The notes beneath the pieces were generated by a model that was not told the origin of the DNA, did not search any database, and saw nothing but the letters and a program-made list of their open reading frames with translations. A stretch of 63,683 nt of DNA, the filler included, from an uncultured bacterium (lineage in GTDB: Bacteria > CAYJRR01): the NCBI GenBank assembly GCA_964372275.1. It is 3 parts of 3 records of this genome, joined end to end, with 100 filler letters (N's around TTAATTAATTAA, not from the genome) between each part and the next. Parts side by side here need not be neighbours in the genome. Positions count along the whole stretch, not along the records: positions 1 to 23,527 come from CAYJRR010000073.1; positions 23,628 to 46,765 come from CAYJRR010000074.1; 1 more part is not named here. One strand, given 5' to 3'. Position numbers and translations under genes: made by a program. How positions within the stretch are numbered: position 1 is the first letter of the stretch; every line of letters starts with the position of its first letter. This document shows positions 20,422 to 30,300 of the stretch, one piece after another.

Positions 20422-21942
20422 TCAAGTCGAGTCGGAAAAGGGGAGGCGGACCGGAACAAGGTGCTTCCGGCCGGCGTGGTCGAGGCGTTCCAACACCACG
20501 GTGACGCCGTTCGCGTCGACGACCGCCGGGGCCCGTTCGAGTCCGAGCGGCGTGCCGGTCCGGACCAGCGTCGTCTTTCCGTCGCGATCGGCGACCAACG
20601 CACGCCAGCGCGTTCCGGAGGCGCGCACACCGAGGGCGGCGACGCGAAGGGAGCGAAGCGGGGTGGGAGGAGGGGCAGGGGTGGCGGCGGCGTCGGAGCC
20701 GGTATCCGAATCGGGATCGGTAGCGGATTCGGTACCGGACCCGGACGCGGGGCACTCCAATCCGCGTCGCCTCTCGCCCGTCCTCCGCACCCGACATCCG
20801 TGGGCCGCGGCGATCGCCTCCAGTGCCACCGGCCAGGGGATCCGGCGCATCGTGAGGTCGGTCGGCGGGAGGGGCGGGGCGTCGATCGCGAGGTGCGCGA
20901 CGGCGGCGATCTCGGCGAGGATCTCGTGCGTCGGCGCGGCGCCACGGTCGAGCGTCACCGAGGCGAGCCGGGCGCCGGGAACGCCGGAATCGTCCGGGTC
21001 GCGCGGCGGTGGCGGCCGGTTCGCCGGCACGAGCACGTCGACGGGGCCGACGCGGTGCGCGGAAGCCCCGAGCGCCTCGGCGAGGCGGCGGACGATCCCC
21101 GCCCAGCCGCCGCCGAGATGGCCGCGAATCGGCGACGCGCGCGTCTCGTGAGCGACGACGACATCGCGGCGGTCGAGGTCGGCGAACAGCCGGAGCACCG
21201 CGCCCGGGTGGGCGCCCGACAGCGATACGCGGAGCGCCCCCTCGTCGGGGAGCGCGGGGGGCGGTCCGTCGCCCGTCTCCTCGTAGAGGTCGACCTTCCA
21301 CTCGACGTGGGGATGGCCGCCGCTGGTGAGGTTCGCCACGAGTCGGCGGTAGGCGTCGAGCCAGCGGGCGCCGCCGGCGCGCCCTTCGATCGTCACGTTT
21401 CCGGCGTTCCAGGCGATCTCGTCGATCGGTGCCAGGTCGTCGGCCACGAGCTCCGGCGCCAGCGATTCGGCGAGGGGCGCCCGGTCGGCGAGGATCTTCG
21501 CGAGCTCCTCGCCTGCCTCCCGGTCGGTCCGGGCGCGGTCCTCCGCATTCGCCGGACGCGGGTCGCGGCGCGCCCGCAGCAGGCGGGTCGTGAGCCGGTA
21601 GCCGCCGGCGGCGGCGGGCCGGAGGCTCCAGCCCTCGACGACGCCGGCGCGGGCCAGGGCTCTCGCGCAGACGCGCAGCGCCGCGGCGTCGGGGCCCTCC
21701 ACCATCACCTCCGTCCGCACCCGCTCCACCGATCGGCGGAGATCGCGGGAGCGCTCCTCGAACGAAAGATTTCGTAGTGGGGGCCGGGCGCACCCGCGGC
21801 GGATGGCGTCGTCCGTGCCGTGGAGCCGATCCTCGAGCGTGGAGAGCCGGCCTTGCCGCGGGCGCTCGGCCGCCGGGAGCGCCGTGGCTGCGAGCGCCGC
21901 CACAAGGAGGACGATCGGCGAAGGGATCGGAGCGCGTGACAC
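20422..21942 (-). CDS. Secreted protein with PilO-like, PilN-like, two secretin N0/STN-like and PilP-like domains
   Basis: Signal peptide; ...IDEIAWNAGNVTIEGRA; VSLSGAHPGAVLRLFAD..W; LTMRRIPWPVALEAIA; C-terminal PLRSLRV..ALVADRDGKTTLVRTGTPLG. Confidence 0.6.
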   Translation of the reverse strand: MSRAPIPSPIVLLVAALAATALPAAERPRQGRLSTLEDRLHGTDDAIRRGCARPPLRNLSFEERSRDLRRSVERVRTEVMVEGPDAAALRVCARALARAGVVEGWSLRPAAAGGYRLTTRLLRARRDPRPANAEDRARTDREAGEELAKILADRAPLAESLAPELVADDLAPIDEIAWNAGNVTIEGRAGGARWLDAYRRLVANLTSGGHPHVEWKVDLYEETGDGPPPALPDEGALRVSLSGAHPGAVLRLFADLDRRDVVVAHETRASPIRGHLGGGWAGIVRRLAEALGASAHRVGPVDVLVPANRPPPPRDPDDSGVPGARLASVTLDRGAAPTHEILAEIAAVAHLAIDAPPLPPTDLTMRRIPWPVALEAIAAAHGCRVRRTGERRRGLECPASGSGTESATDPDSDTGSDAAATPAPPPTPLRSLRVAALGVRASGTRWRALVADRDGKTTLVRTGTPLGLERAPAVVDANGVTVVLERLDHAGRKHLVPVRLPFSDST

Positions 21943-22041
21943 GGGCGTCTCGAGCGCAGCAAACCTCACCGCGCTCGCCGGCGCAATCGGCGGAGGGCCG
22001 ATTCCTTGCTTCCGTCGGATGCTTCGCGGTAGTACGAGATC

Positions 22042-23271
22042 ATGCGTACCCGAATCGACGCGCGATGGAGTCGACCCGTCCGACTGGTGACGATCGGAGT
22101 CGTCGCCACGGGGGCCGCGCTCGGCTGCGCCGCGCTTTGGACCGAAGCCCCTCATCCGGGGGACCTCTTCGACTCGCCGCTTCCGGGACTCACCGACGAA
22201 CAGATGCTCGCTTTCCTCGAAGGGGACGAGAACTTCGGGCGCGTCTTCACTGCCGATGAAGGGCTCGGGCCGATCTTCGTGCGCGCCAGCTGCTCGCACT
22301 GCCACATCGCCGACGGCCGCGGCACCGTCGACGAGATCGTGACCCGGTTCTCGCTCGGCACCGACCTGCTCCTGTCGGCGGGAGGGCCGCAGCTCCAGCC
22401 GATTGCGATCCCCGGCAGCCTCCCCGAGGCGCTGCCGGACGGCGCAGACGTCTCGCGCCGCTTGCCGCTGCCCGTCTTCGGGATCGGGCTGATCGAGGCG
22501 ATCCCGGAAGAGACGATCCTGGAGAACGAGGATCCCGACGACGAGGACGGCGACGGCGTCTCGGGCCGCGTCAACTGGGTCCCCGACCAGCCGTTCGTCG
22601 CCGCGCGCGAGGAAGGGGACGACGGTCCGAAGGCGGGGCGGTTCGGATGGAAGGCGAACTTCTCCTCCCTCGTCGACACCGTCGTCCACGCCTACCACCA
22701 GGACATGGGGCTCACCACCGACTTCCTGCCCGAGGAGGACGCCAACGAGCAGGCGGGCGGCACGGGACTCGGCGACTTCGTTCCCGACCCCGAGCTGACG
22801 GCGTCGCACGTCCTGCGGACGATCACCTACGTCCGGCTGCTCGCGCCCCCGCGTCGCGGCTCGATCGACCTCGAGGTGCAGGACGGGGAGACGACCTTCC
22901 TGTCGATCGGGTGCGCCAAGTGTCACGTGCCGTCGATGCTCACCGGGGAGAACCCGGTTGAGGCACTGTCGCAGGTCGAGGTCCCGCTCTATTCGGACCT
23001 TCTCCTCCACGACATGGGGACGGGTCTCGCCGACGATCGGCCGGACGGCGGCGCCTCCGGCCGGGAGTGGCGGACGAAACCGCTGTGGGGGACGCGGCTG
23101 GTCGGGACGTTCCTCGACGGCGAGCCGGTCTTCCTGCACGACGGACGCGCGAAGACCCTCGAGGAGGCGATCCTGGCGCACGGCGGCGAGGCGCTGTCGG
23201 CCCGGAACGCGTTTGTCGCCCTCGACGACGACGGCCAAGACGCGGTGATCGCTTTCCTCGAGTCGCTCTAG
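22042..23271 (+). CDS. Di-heme oxidoreductase (DHOR family) c-type cytochrome
   Basis: GLGP, CSHCH, FGIGLIEAIP, DGDGVSGR, GRFGWKA, CAKCH, YSDLLLHDMG, WRTKPLWG, LHDGRA. Confidence 0.93.
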   Translation: MRTRIDARWSRPVRLVTIGVVATGAALGCAALWTEAPHPGDLFDSPLPGLTDEQMLAFLEGDENFGRVFTADEGLGPIFVRASCSHCHIADGRGTVDEIVTRFSLGTDLLLSAGGPQLQPIAIPGSLPEALPDGADVSRRLPLPVFGIGLIEAIPEETILENEDPDDEDGDGVSGRVNWVPDQPFVAAREEGDDGPKAGRFGWKANFSSLVDTVVHAYHQDMGLTTDFLPEEDANEQAGGTGLGDFVPDPELTASHVLRTITYVRLLAPPRRGSIDLEVQDGETTFLSIGCAKCHVPSMLTGENPVEALSQVEVPLYSDLLLHDMGTGLADDRPDGGASGREWRTKPLWGTRLVGTFLDGEPVFLHDGRAKTLEEAILAHGGEALSARNAFVALDDDGQDAVIAFLESL

Positions 23272-23527
23272 ATGGAGGACCGCCGCCGCCGCGAGTTCGT
23301 GGTGCGGGCCGCCTGCGCCGTCGCCACCGGCGCCGTGGGCGGCTGCGCGATGTACCGCACCTACCACGGAACCGTCGTCGACGGGCGGATCCGGATGCGA
23401 CGGGAGGAGTTCGACCTCCTCGCCGAGCACCGCAAGAGCGTGCTGGTGACGGCGCCGGGGATCGTGGAGCCGGTGATCCTGGTCGATGCCGGGGGCGAGC
23501 TTCGCGCCTTCTCGTCGACCTGCACCC
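23272..23527 (+). CDS. Tat-exported Rieske [2Fe-2S] protein; 3'-truncated by contig end
   Basis: RRREFV Tat motif, GGC; ...LRAFSSTCT(H) first Rieske box cut at the gap. Confidence 0.7.
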
Positions 23528-23627
23528 NNNNNNNNNNNNNNNNNNNNNNNNNNNNNNNNNNNNNNNNNNNNTTAATTAATTAANNNNNNNNNNNNNNNNN
23601 NNNNNNNNNNNNNNNNNNNNNNNNNNN
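23528..23627. other. Artificial contig spacer
   Basis: N44-TTAATTAATTAA-N44, stops in all six frames. Confidence 0.99.
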
Positions 23628-24937
23628 CCCCCCGGCCCGCCCTGAGCCGCCGGGCTGTCTTCGAGATCGCTCCCTTTCCCGCCGGTGGCGCCGACCGTCC
23701 CGTTGAAGAGCGCGGCGTTCCCGGCCTTGAGCACGATCGTCCCGCCGGCGCCGCCCCCACCGCCACCGCCCTGGCTACCGCTTCGGACCTGTCCGACGGC
23801 GCCGTTGGCCAGGATCGACCCTTGACCCACGAGCTGACCGGCGGCGATCAGCAGGATCCCGCCGCCGGCTCCGCCGTACCGGGCTTCGGAGCTGAAATCG
23901 AGGTGTCCCGCTCCGCCGCCGCCGCCGAGCAGCAACCGCTCCGGCACGCCCGCAACCACCCGTGACCCGCCGAGTCCGATCGTCAGATCGGAGGGGGAGG
24001 GGTCCTCCTCCTTGCCTCCGTTTCCGCCCTGGCCCGCGTTGCCGCCGCCTCCGCCACCGGCGTTGTCGGCGTTCCCTCCGCCCCCGCCGTTGGCGAAGTT
24101 TCCGCGGCCGGCGCGGAGGCTGGTCTGGGTGAAGGAGCGCGCGTCGAGACCCTCCCCTTTGCCACCGGCCCGGTTCACGTCGAGCGGGTAGTCGTTGCCG
24201 GTCTCGTGAAGGTTGCTGTTGCCGGTCGCGTTGGGCGAGCCGCCGCGGAATCCGATGTCGCTGGCGGTGATCGAGCCGCCGTTCTGCACGGTCAGCGTAT
24301 CGCGGACGAGGAGGGCGACGACGCCGCCGGATGTCCCGTTCCAGGCGGCGCCCTGGACCTTCGTGTTGAACGGGACGTCGAGGTCTTCGTACTCCGGCAC
24401 GGTGCAGGCCTGCGCGCGGGCGATCCCCGAGGTGTAGAAGCGCGTCGAGAGGCGCCGGTCGACGGCGAGCCCGCCGTCGGTGCGGACGGCGGTGACGCGG
24501 AGCAGGCTCCACAGGCCGGCGGGTCCGTCCTCCTCGGTGACCGGTGCTTGGGAGGCGGAGGCGGCGAACTCGGGGTTCTGCATCTGGATTGCGAGGAGCC
24601 GTTGCCCGACCGGGAACGAGCCGGCGTTCGCGAGATAGAGGACGCTCGCCCCGGTCGACGTGGTCGACGTCAGGAGCGCGACGCAGCTGTTGATCGTCTG
24701 GTTTCCGGAGACGATGACGCTTCCCGCGGCCCCGGTCCCGAGGTCGAGGCCGTCGAGGATGGGGGTCGGGGCCGCCGAATCGGTCGGCGTGCCGTCGGGC
24801 TCGTCGAGGTCGCCGTGCAGCTCGAACTTCGCGCACGCGAGGTGCGCGACGACCACGGTGACCCCGAGCAACGCCCACCCGTGTCGCCGGGGGGAAGGGG
24901 GGGGATTCCCCCACGGGAGCGCGAAGGCGCGGACCAC
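23628..24937 (-). CDS. Glycine-rich adhesin-like lipoprotein; 3'-truncated
   Basis: Lipobox HLAC; AQACTVPEY, WNGTSGGVVAL, GFRGG, NAGGGGGGNAG, GGGGAGGTI repeats. Confidence 0.75.
24889..24934 (-). repeat. Dispersed double-hairpin repeat, copy A (inside CDS N-terminus)
   Basis: GTCCGCGCCTTCGCGCTCCCGTGGGGGAATCCCCCCCCTTCCCCCC. Confidence 0.75.
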
Positions 24938-24967
24938 CGTTCCATTCTACAATAGGGGTGGAACTCC

Positions 24968-26752
24968 ATGATCCTTCTCGCCGCGCCCGCGTTCGATCCC
25001 CCGAAGACCGTTGGGGTCGTCGTCCTGCTCGACGACGCGCAGATCGCCGGCGAGGTCGAGGCGCGCATCGAATCGCTGCTCCGGGAGTCGGTCCTGTTCG
25101 AGATGCGCTCGGCCGAATGGCTCGCCGCCGAAGCGGCGCTTCCGTCCGAGGCGCCGCCGACCGAACCGTCGCCGGAGAAACGCAAGCAGGCCGACCAGCT
25201 GTTCGCCGAGGCCTCGGCCGCCTACGACGAAGACCGGGAACCGGTGGCGATCGAGAAGCTGACCGCGCTCTCGGCGCTGATCGACAAGGATCCGTCGTTC
25301 TCGGTCCTCGACCGGGCCAAGCTCTACCTGTGGAAGACGGCGATCTACCTCCTGCTGAAGGACGAGCGGCAGGCCGAAGTCGACGCCACCGTCGCCATCG
25401 CGCTGATTCCGGATCTCAAGATCGATCCCGACGAGTTTCCGCCGCAGGTCGTCCAGTTCGTGTCGAAGGTGCGGGAGTCCAAGCGTGTCTTCACCGCGAC
25501 GGTGAAGACCTTTCCCGCCCACGCCAAGATTCTGCTCGACGGTCGCGCCGTTCCGGGCAGCTTCAAGCTCCTTGCCGGCAAGAGGTACCAGCTGACCGTC
25601 ACGGCGCCGGGTCGCCGATCGGTGACCCGGCCGGTCGAGCTCGCCGCCGATCAATCGTTCAAGGTCCGGCTTCCGCTCGCCGTCCCGCCGGCCACGGAGA
25701 CCGCGCTCAAGGGCCTCACGACCGGCGCGCCGGCGGAGGCGTCGTCGTCGGCGGCGACCGCGGTGGCCGCCAAGATGGGGGTCGACGGTCTGCTCCTCGT
25801 CACCGGACGGAAGCTCCCCGGCGGCGGATCGATCGAGGTCCGGTGCGCCGCCGTCCACCTGGGGGAACGGACGGTGACGGTCGGCGAGACCCAGACGGTG
25901 GAGGTCAAGAACGCGGCGACGCTCGCGGTCTGGGGGCGACGGATGCTCGAGCGCGGGGCGCGGTCGAACGAAGGTGTGGTCCATCCGCTCGATCCGTCGG
26001 CGGTCGCGCGCCGGCAGGTAGCGGGCTGGGCGCTGGAGTCCGGGGCCGGCGCGCAGGTCTCGATCCGCGGACGGGAGCTCCTCGGCCGCGGGGGGATCGG
26101 GGCGAGCACCGCGTTCGCCGGCGTCGGGCCGGTCGCCTGGGCCGAGGCGGCCCGCGGGCGCTTCCACGCGGCGATCGAGGGCGGCTGGATCGATTACGGG
26201 ATCTCCTCCACCCGGGCCGACCTTTCACCGGCCCGGAGCGCGACGGTCGACGGCGGGGCGACGGGATTCGGCGAAGTCCGGGCGGGCTATTCCCATCCGC
26301 TCGGCGGAGGAGGGGCACCGACGTTTCGCGTCGGGCTCGAGCTGGCGGCGGCGTACGAGCGCCATGCCGCCGACGACGTCGAGTCGCTGCACCTGCTCAC
26401 CTCCCACCGGCGCCTGGCGGTCGACGCCCGGCTGACCGGACGCGCCGTCCTCGCCGTCGGGCGGATGCCGGTGGCGATGCGTGCTCGTCTGGCGGTCGGT
26501 CCGTGGAGCGACTGGCGGGAGGAGCCGTCCGGGGCGTCGGGGAGCTCCCCCGCGCCGTCCCCGAGCGTCGGCGCCGCACTTTCGGTCGAGCTGGACCGCG
26601 GGCGTTGGGCAGGGCAACTCGGATATTCGTTCGAGCGGCGGAGGGTCGACTTCTCCGGGCCCGCCAGCGCCGATTTCGAGGAGCCGCTCACCGACGCGCG
26701 GATCGAGGAGACGATCCAGGGGGTCGGCGTGACGATCGGGTACCGGTTCTAG
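24968..26752 (+). CDS. PEGA-like domain protein with C-terminal beta-barrel
   Basis: Helical region ending DPDEFPP, VKTFPAHAKILLDG..YQLTVTAPG, amphipathic strands ending GVTIGYRF. Confidence 0.7.
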   Translation: MILLAAPAFDPPKTVGVVVLLDDAQIAGEVEARIESLLRESVLFEMRSAEWLAAEAALPSEAPPTEPSPEKRKQADQLFAEASAAYDEDREPVAIEKLTALSALIDKDPSFSVLDRAKLYLWKTAIYLLLKDERQAEVDATVAIALIPDLKIDPDEFPPQVVQFVSKVRESKRVFTATVKTFPAHAKILLDGRAVPGSFKLLAGKRYQLTVTAPGRRSVTRPVELAADQSFKVRLPLAVPPATETALKGLTTGAPAEASSSAATAVAAKMGVDGLLLVTGRKLPGGGSIEVRCAAVHLGERTVTVGETQTVEVKNAATLAVWGRRMLERGARSNEGVVHPLDPSAVARRQVAGWALESGAGAQVSIRGRELLGRGGIGASTAFAGVGPVAWAEAARGRFHAAIEGGWIDYGISSTRADLSPARSATVDGGATGFGEVRAGYSHPLGGGGAPTFRVGLELAAAYERHAADDVESLHLLTSHRRLAVDARLTGRAVLAVGRMPVAMRARLAVGPWSDWREEPSGASGSSPAPSPSVGAALSVELDRGRWAGQLGYSFERRRVDFSGPASADFEEPLTDARIEETIQGVGVTIGYRF

Positions 26753-27234
26753 AAGAACCAGCGGACGCCGATGCCGCCGTCGACCTCGGTGTCGACGTCG
26801 TCGACCACCTCGACCGCGAGCGCGATCTCGGCGAACAGCTCCAGCGGGGGGACGGAGTCGAATCGCATCGTGATCCCCAGCGGCGCCCGCGCCTCCAGCT
26901 CGGTGTCGTCGTCGTCGTCGAAGCGCCCCTCGTCGTCGTCGACCTCGAGCGCGCCGCCGACGCCGGCGAACCAGGCGATCGACACGTTCGATTCGCGGAC
27001 GAACGGCGCGCCGACGAAGAGCCAGTCGAGGTGCAGATGCAGGTCGGCGCCGTCCCCCGCTCCGAGCGCGGCGTCGAGCGCGCTCGACGGCGTGAGTCGG
27101 ATCTTGGCGGAGACGCCGGTCGGATCGCCGATCACCACCCCCAGGCCGGCCGATCCCGGCGCGCCGGACCCGGCGCGCGCCGGCGATGGCATCGCGAACA
27201 GGGCGACGAGCGTCGCCGCGGCGAGTGGTCGCAT
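26749..27234 (-). CDS. Small outer-membrane beta-barrel (DUF3996-like)
   Basis: Signal peptide; GLGVVIGDPTGVSAK, ARAPLG, PLELFAEIA, GGIGVRWFF. Confidence 0.75.
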   Translation of the reverse strand: MRPLAAATLVALFAMPSPARAGSGAPGSAGLGVVIGDPTGVSAKIRLTPSSALDAALGAGDGADLHLHLDWLFVGAPFVRESNVSIAWFAGVGGALEVDDDEGRFDDDDDTELEARAPLGITMRFDSVPPLELFAEIALAVEVVDDVDTEVDGGIGVRWFF

Positions 27235-27254
27235 GCCGGGATCATAACGCCGCA

Positions 27255-27308
27255 GGGGTTCGGCAGCGGATTCGGGGGAGGCTCCCCGAGGAGCGCGTAG
27301 GCGCGGAC
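27255..27308 (-). repeat. Dispersed double-hairpin repeat, copy B
   Basis: GTCCGCGCCTACGCGCTCCTCGGGGAGCCTCCCCCGAATCCGCTGCCGAACCCC. Confidence 0.7.
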
Positions 27309-27370
27309 CGATTCCCGAGGAAGCCCGAAGGGCGGACCGTCCGCGCCGGCGGCGACCGGCGTCACCGAGG

Positions 27371-27386
27371 TATACTGCCCGCGATG
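27371..27386 (+). promoter_or_regulatory. Leaderless-type -10 box
   Basis: TATACT-N7-ATG with no Shine-Dalgarno in between. Confidence 0.6.
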
Positions 27387-30300
27387 GTCCGGGTTTCCGC
27401 GTCGCAGGGGGGAACGTCCGCGGCGGCGCCGGGCGACTTCGAGCTCGGAGTCCCGGGCTTCCGCTACGCCGATCTCTGGGTCGAGACGCGGCTCCAGGAC
27501 CTCGCCGGCGCCTTCGACCGTGCCTTGACCGAGGCCGACGCCGCGCTGGCGGAGCGCTGGACCGCCTACCGCGCCGCGAGCGGAGCGTCGCTCGGCCCGG
27601 TGGAGGAGAGCGCGCTGCTGATCGCCGTGGCGGAGCACCTCTCGCGGTTCGTCGCGCGGCTGTTCCGGGTGGAGGTCGAGGTCGCCGCACTCCGGGGGCG
27701 CGTCGACGCCGACAAGCCGATCTTCCGCATGAAGACCGACCTCCTCGCGCGGCGGGTCTTCAAGAAGGGGACCGCGCCGCGCGCCGCGGCCGACGACTTC
27801 CCGGCGCTCGACGCGGCCGTCGCGGCGCTGTTCACCGTCGCCTTTCCGGAGAAGCGGGGGGCCGCGGACGCGGAGCGCTCGGTCGCCGAGGCGGTGACGG
27901 CGTTGCTCGACGCCGAACGGCTCCTCGGCAAGCGTGACCGCGCCGGAGGCGAGCCGCTGCCGCCGCCGTTGGCGAAGATCGTCGCCTCGGTGCGGCGGGC
28001 CGTCGGCGATGCGCGCGACGACATGACGGCGGTGCGCACGGCGATCGATCTCCTGGAGCGGTGGTCGTTCGCCCGCTCGCTGCACCCGGATGGGCGCCGG
28101 CAGATCCGGGACTGGGTCTCCTACCGCCATCCGCGGCCGCTCGACCACGAACGGCTGGTGGAGCTCCGCCCCGCCGACCCGATGATCCCCGAGTCGTTCG
28201 AGGGTCCGCCCGAGCACCGGCGTCGCCGCGACGGATTCGTCCTCACCGACCGTCGCGGCTCGTTCCGCGAGGTGCAGGGCGAGATCGAGTACTGCCTCTA
28301 CTGCCACGAGCGCGAGAAGGACAGCTGCTCCAAGGGGCTTCCGGCGAAGGAGGGGGGCTTCAAGCAGAACCCGTTGGGGATCCCGCTCGCCGGCTGCCCG
28401 CTCGAGGAGCGGATCTCCGAGGCGCACGCGCTCAAGGCCAACGGGGACTCGCTCGCGGCGCTGGCGGTGATCGCGATCGACAACCCGATGGCGCCCGGGA
28501 CGGGGCATCGCATCTGCAACGACTGCATGAAGGCCTGCGTCTTCCAGAAGCAGGAGCCGGTGAACATCCCGCAGGCCGAGACCGGGATCCTGACCGACGT
28601 GCTGTCGCTGCCGTGGGGGATCGAGATCTACGGGCTGCTCACCCGCTGGAACCCGCTGAACGTGAAGCGGCCGGTGGCGCTCCCCTTCAACGGGAAGACG
28701 GTGCTGGTGGTGGGGCTGGGGCCGGCCGGCTACACCCTTTCGCACTACCTCCTGAACGAAGGGTTCGGGGTGATCGCCGTCGACGGCCTGAAGATCGAGC
28801 CGCTGCCGGAGGAGCTGGTCGGTGGAAACGGCCGGACGCCGCGGCCGATCCGCGACCAGGGGGAGCTGTTCGAGGCGCTCGACCGGCGCGTGCTCTCCGG
28901 GTTCGGCGGCGTCTCCGAGTACGGCATCACCGTCCGTTGGGACAAGAACTTCCTCACTCTGCTCCAGCTCACGCTCTCGCGGCGCAGGAACCTGCGCGTC
29001 TACGGCGGCGTGCGCTTCGGCGGGACGATGACGATCGAAGACGCGTGGCGGTTGGGGATCGACCACGTGGCGATCGCGACCGGCGCGGGGAAGCCGACGA
29101 TCATCGCCCTCAAGAACAACCTGATCCGCGGGATCCGCAAGGCGAGCGACTTCCTGATGGCGCTGCAACTCACCGGCGCCTTCAAGCGCTCGTCGATGGC
29201 CAACCTCCAGGTGCAGCTGCCGGCGGTGGTGATCGGCGGGGGACTGACCGCCATCGACACCGCGACCGAGCTCGCCGCCTACTACCCGGTGCAGGTGGAG
29301 AAGACGCTGGAGAGGTTCGAGGTCTTGTGCGCCGAGCGCGGCGAGGAGGCGATGTGGAACCTCTTCCAGGACCGCGCGGAGAGCTCGATCCTGAAGGAGT
29401 TCCTGGAACACGGCCGCGCCGTGCGGGAGGAACGGGCGCGCGCGGCGCTCCTCGGCGAAGCGCCCGACTTCCAGAAGCTGGTGCGCGCGTGGGGCGGCGT
29501 GCAGATCGTCTACCGCAAGCGGCTCGTCGACTCGCCGGCCTATCGCCTGAACCACGAAGAGGTGGTGAAGGCGTTCGAGGAGGGGGTCCGCTTCGTCGAG
29601 AAGATGAGCCCGGTGGAGGCGGTCCCGGACCTGTGGGGGGCGGTTTCGGCGATGGTGTTCGAGCGCCAGGCCTACGAGAACGGGAAGTGGCGCGCCACGG
29701 GCGAGAAGGTGACGCTTCCGGCGAAGACCGTCTGCGTCGCCGCCGGGACGAGCCCCAACGTCACCTACGAGAAGGAGTACCCGGGCACCTTCGAGATGGA
29801 CGCCCGGCGCGAGTTCTTCCGCGCCCACGAGGCGAAGATCGCCGACGACGGGACGGTGGAGCTCGTGCCGGCGCCGGAGGAGGAAGGGCCCAAGGGGGCG
29901 CGCGGCTTCTTCACCTCCTACCACAACCCGGAATTTCCCGGACGACTCGTCAGCTACTTCGGCGACAACCATCCCGTCTACGCCGGGAACGTGGTCAAGG
30001 CGATGGCCTCGGCGCGCGACGGTTTCCCGCACGTGCGCCGGCTGTTCGCGCGCGAGATCGACCGTCTCGACCCCGCAGGCTTGCCTTCGCACGAGGCGCG
30101 GTTCGAGCGGATCGCGCGGACCCTCGACGACGCGCTGCGGGCGACGGTGGTGGCGGTGAGGCGCCTGACGCCGACGATCGTCGAGGTGGTGGTGCGCTCC
30201 CCGTGGGCGGCGGAGAGGTTCCGGCCCGGACAGTTCTATCGGCTCCAGAACTACGAGCGGTTCGCGCCGGCGGTCGACGGGACGCGGCTGCAGATGGAAG

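Noticed and set aside
20422-23430. 1002-aa ORF as called in the track
   Set aside because: The N-terminal half is the antisense shadow of the DHOR gene; the plausible gene starts at GTG 21942 with a signal peptide
23528-23627. TTAATTAATTAA palindrome within N-runs (also 46766-46865)
   Set aside because: Artificial six-frame-stop spacer; genes on either side are not real neighbours and truncations there are not pseudogenes
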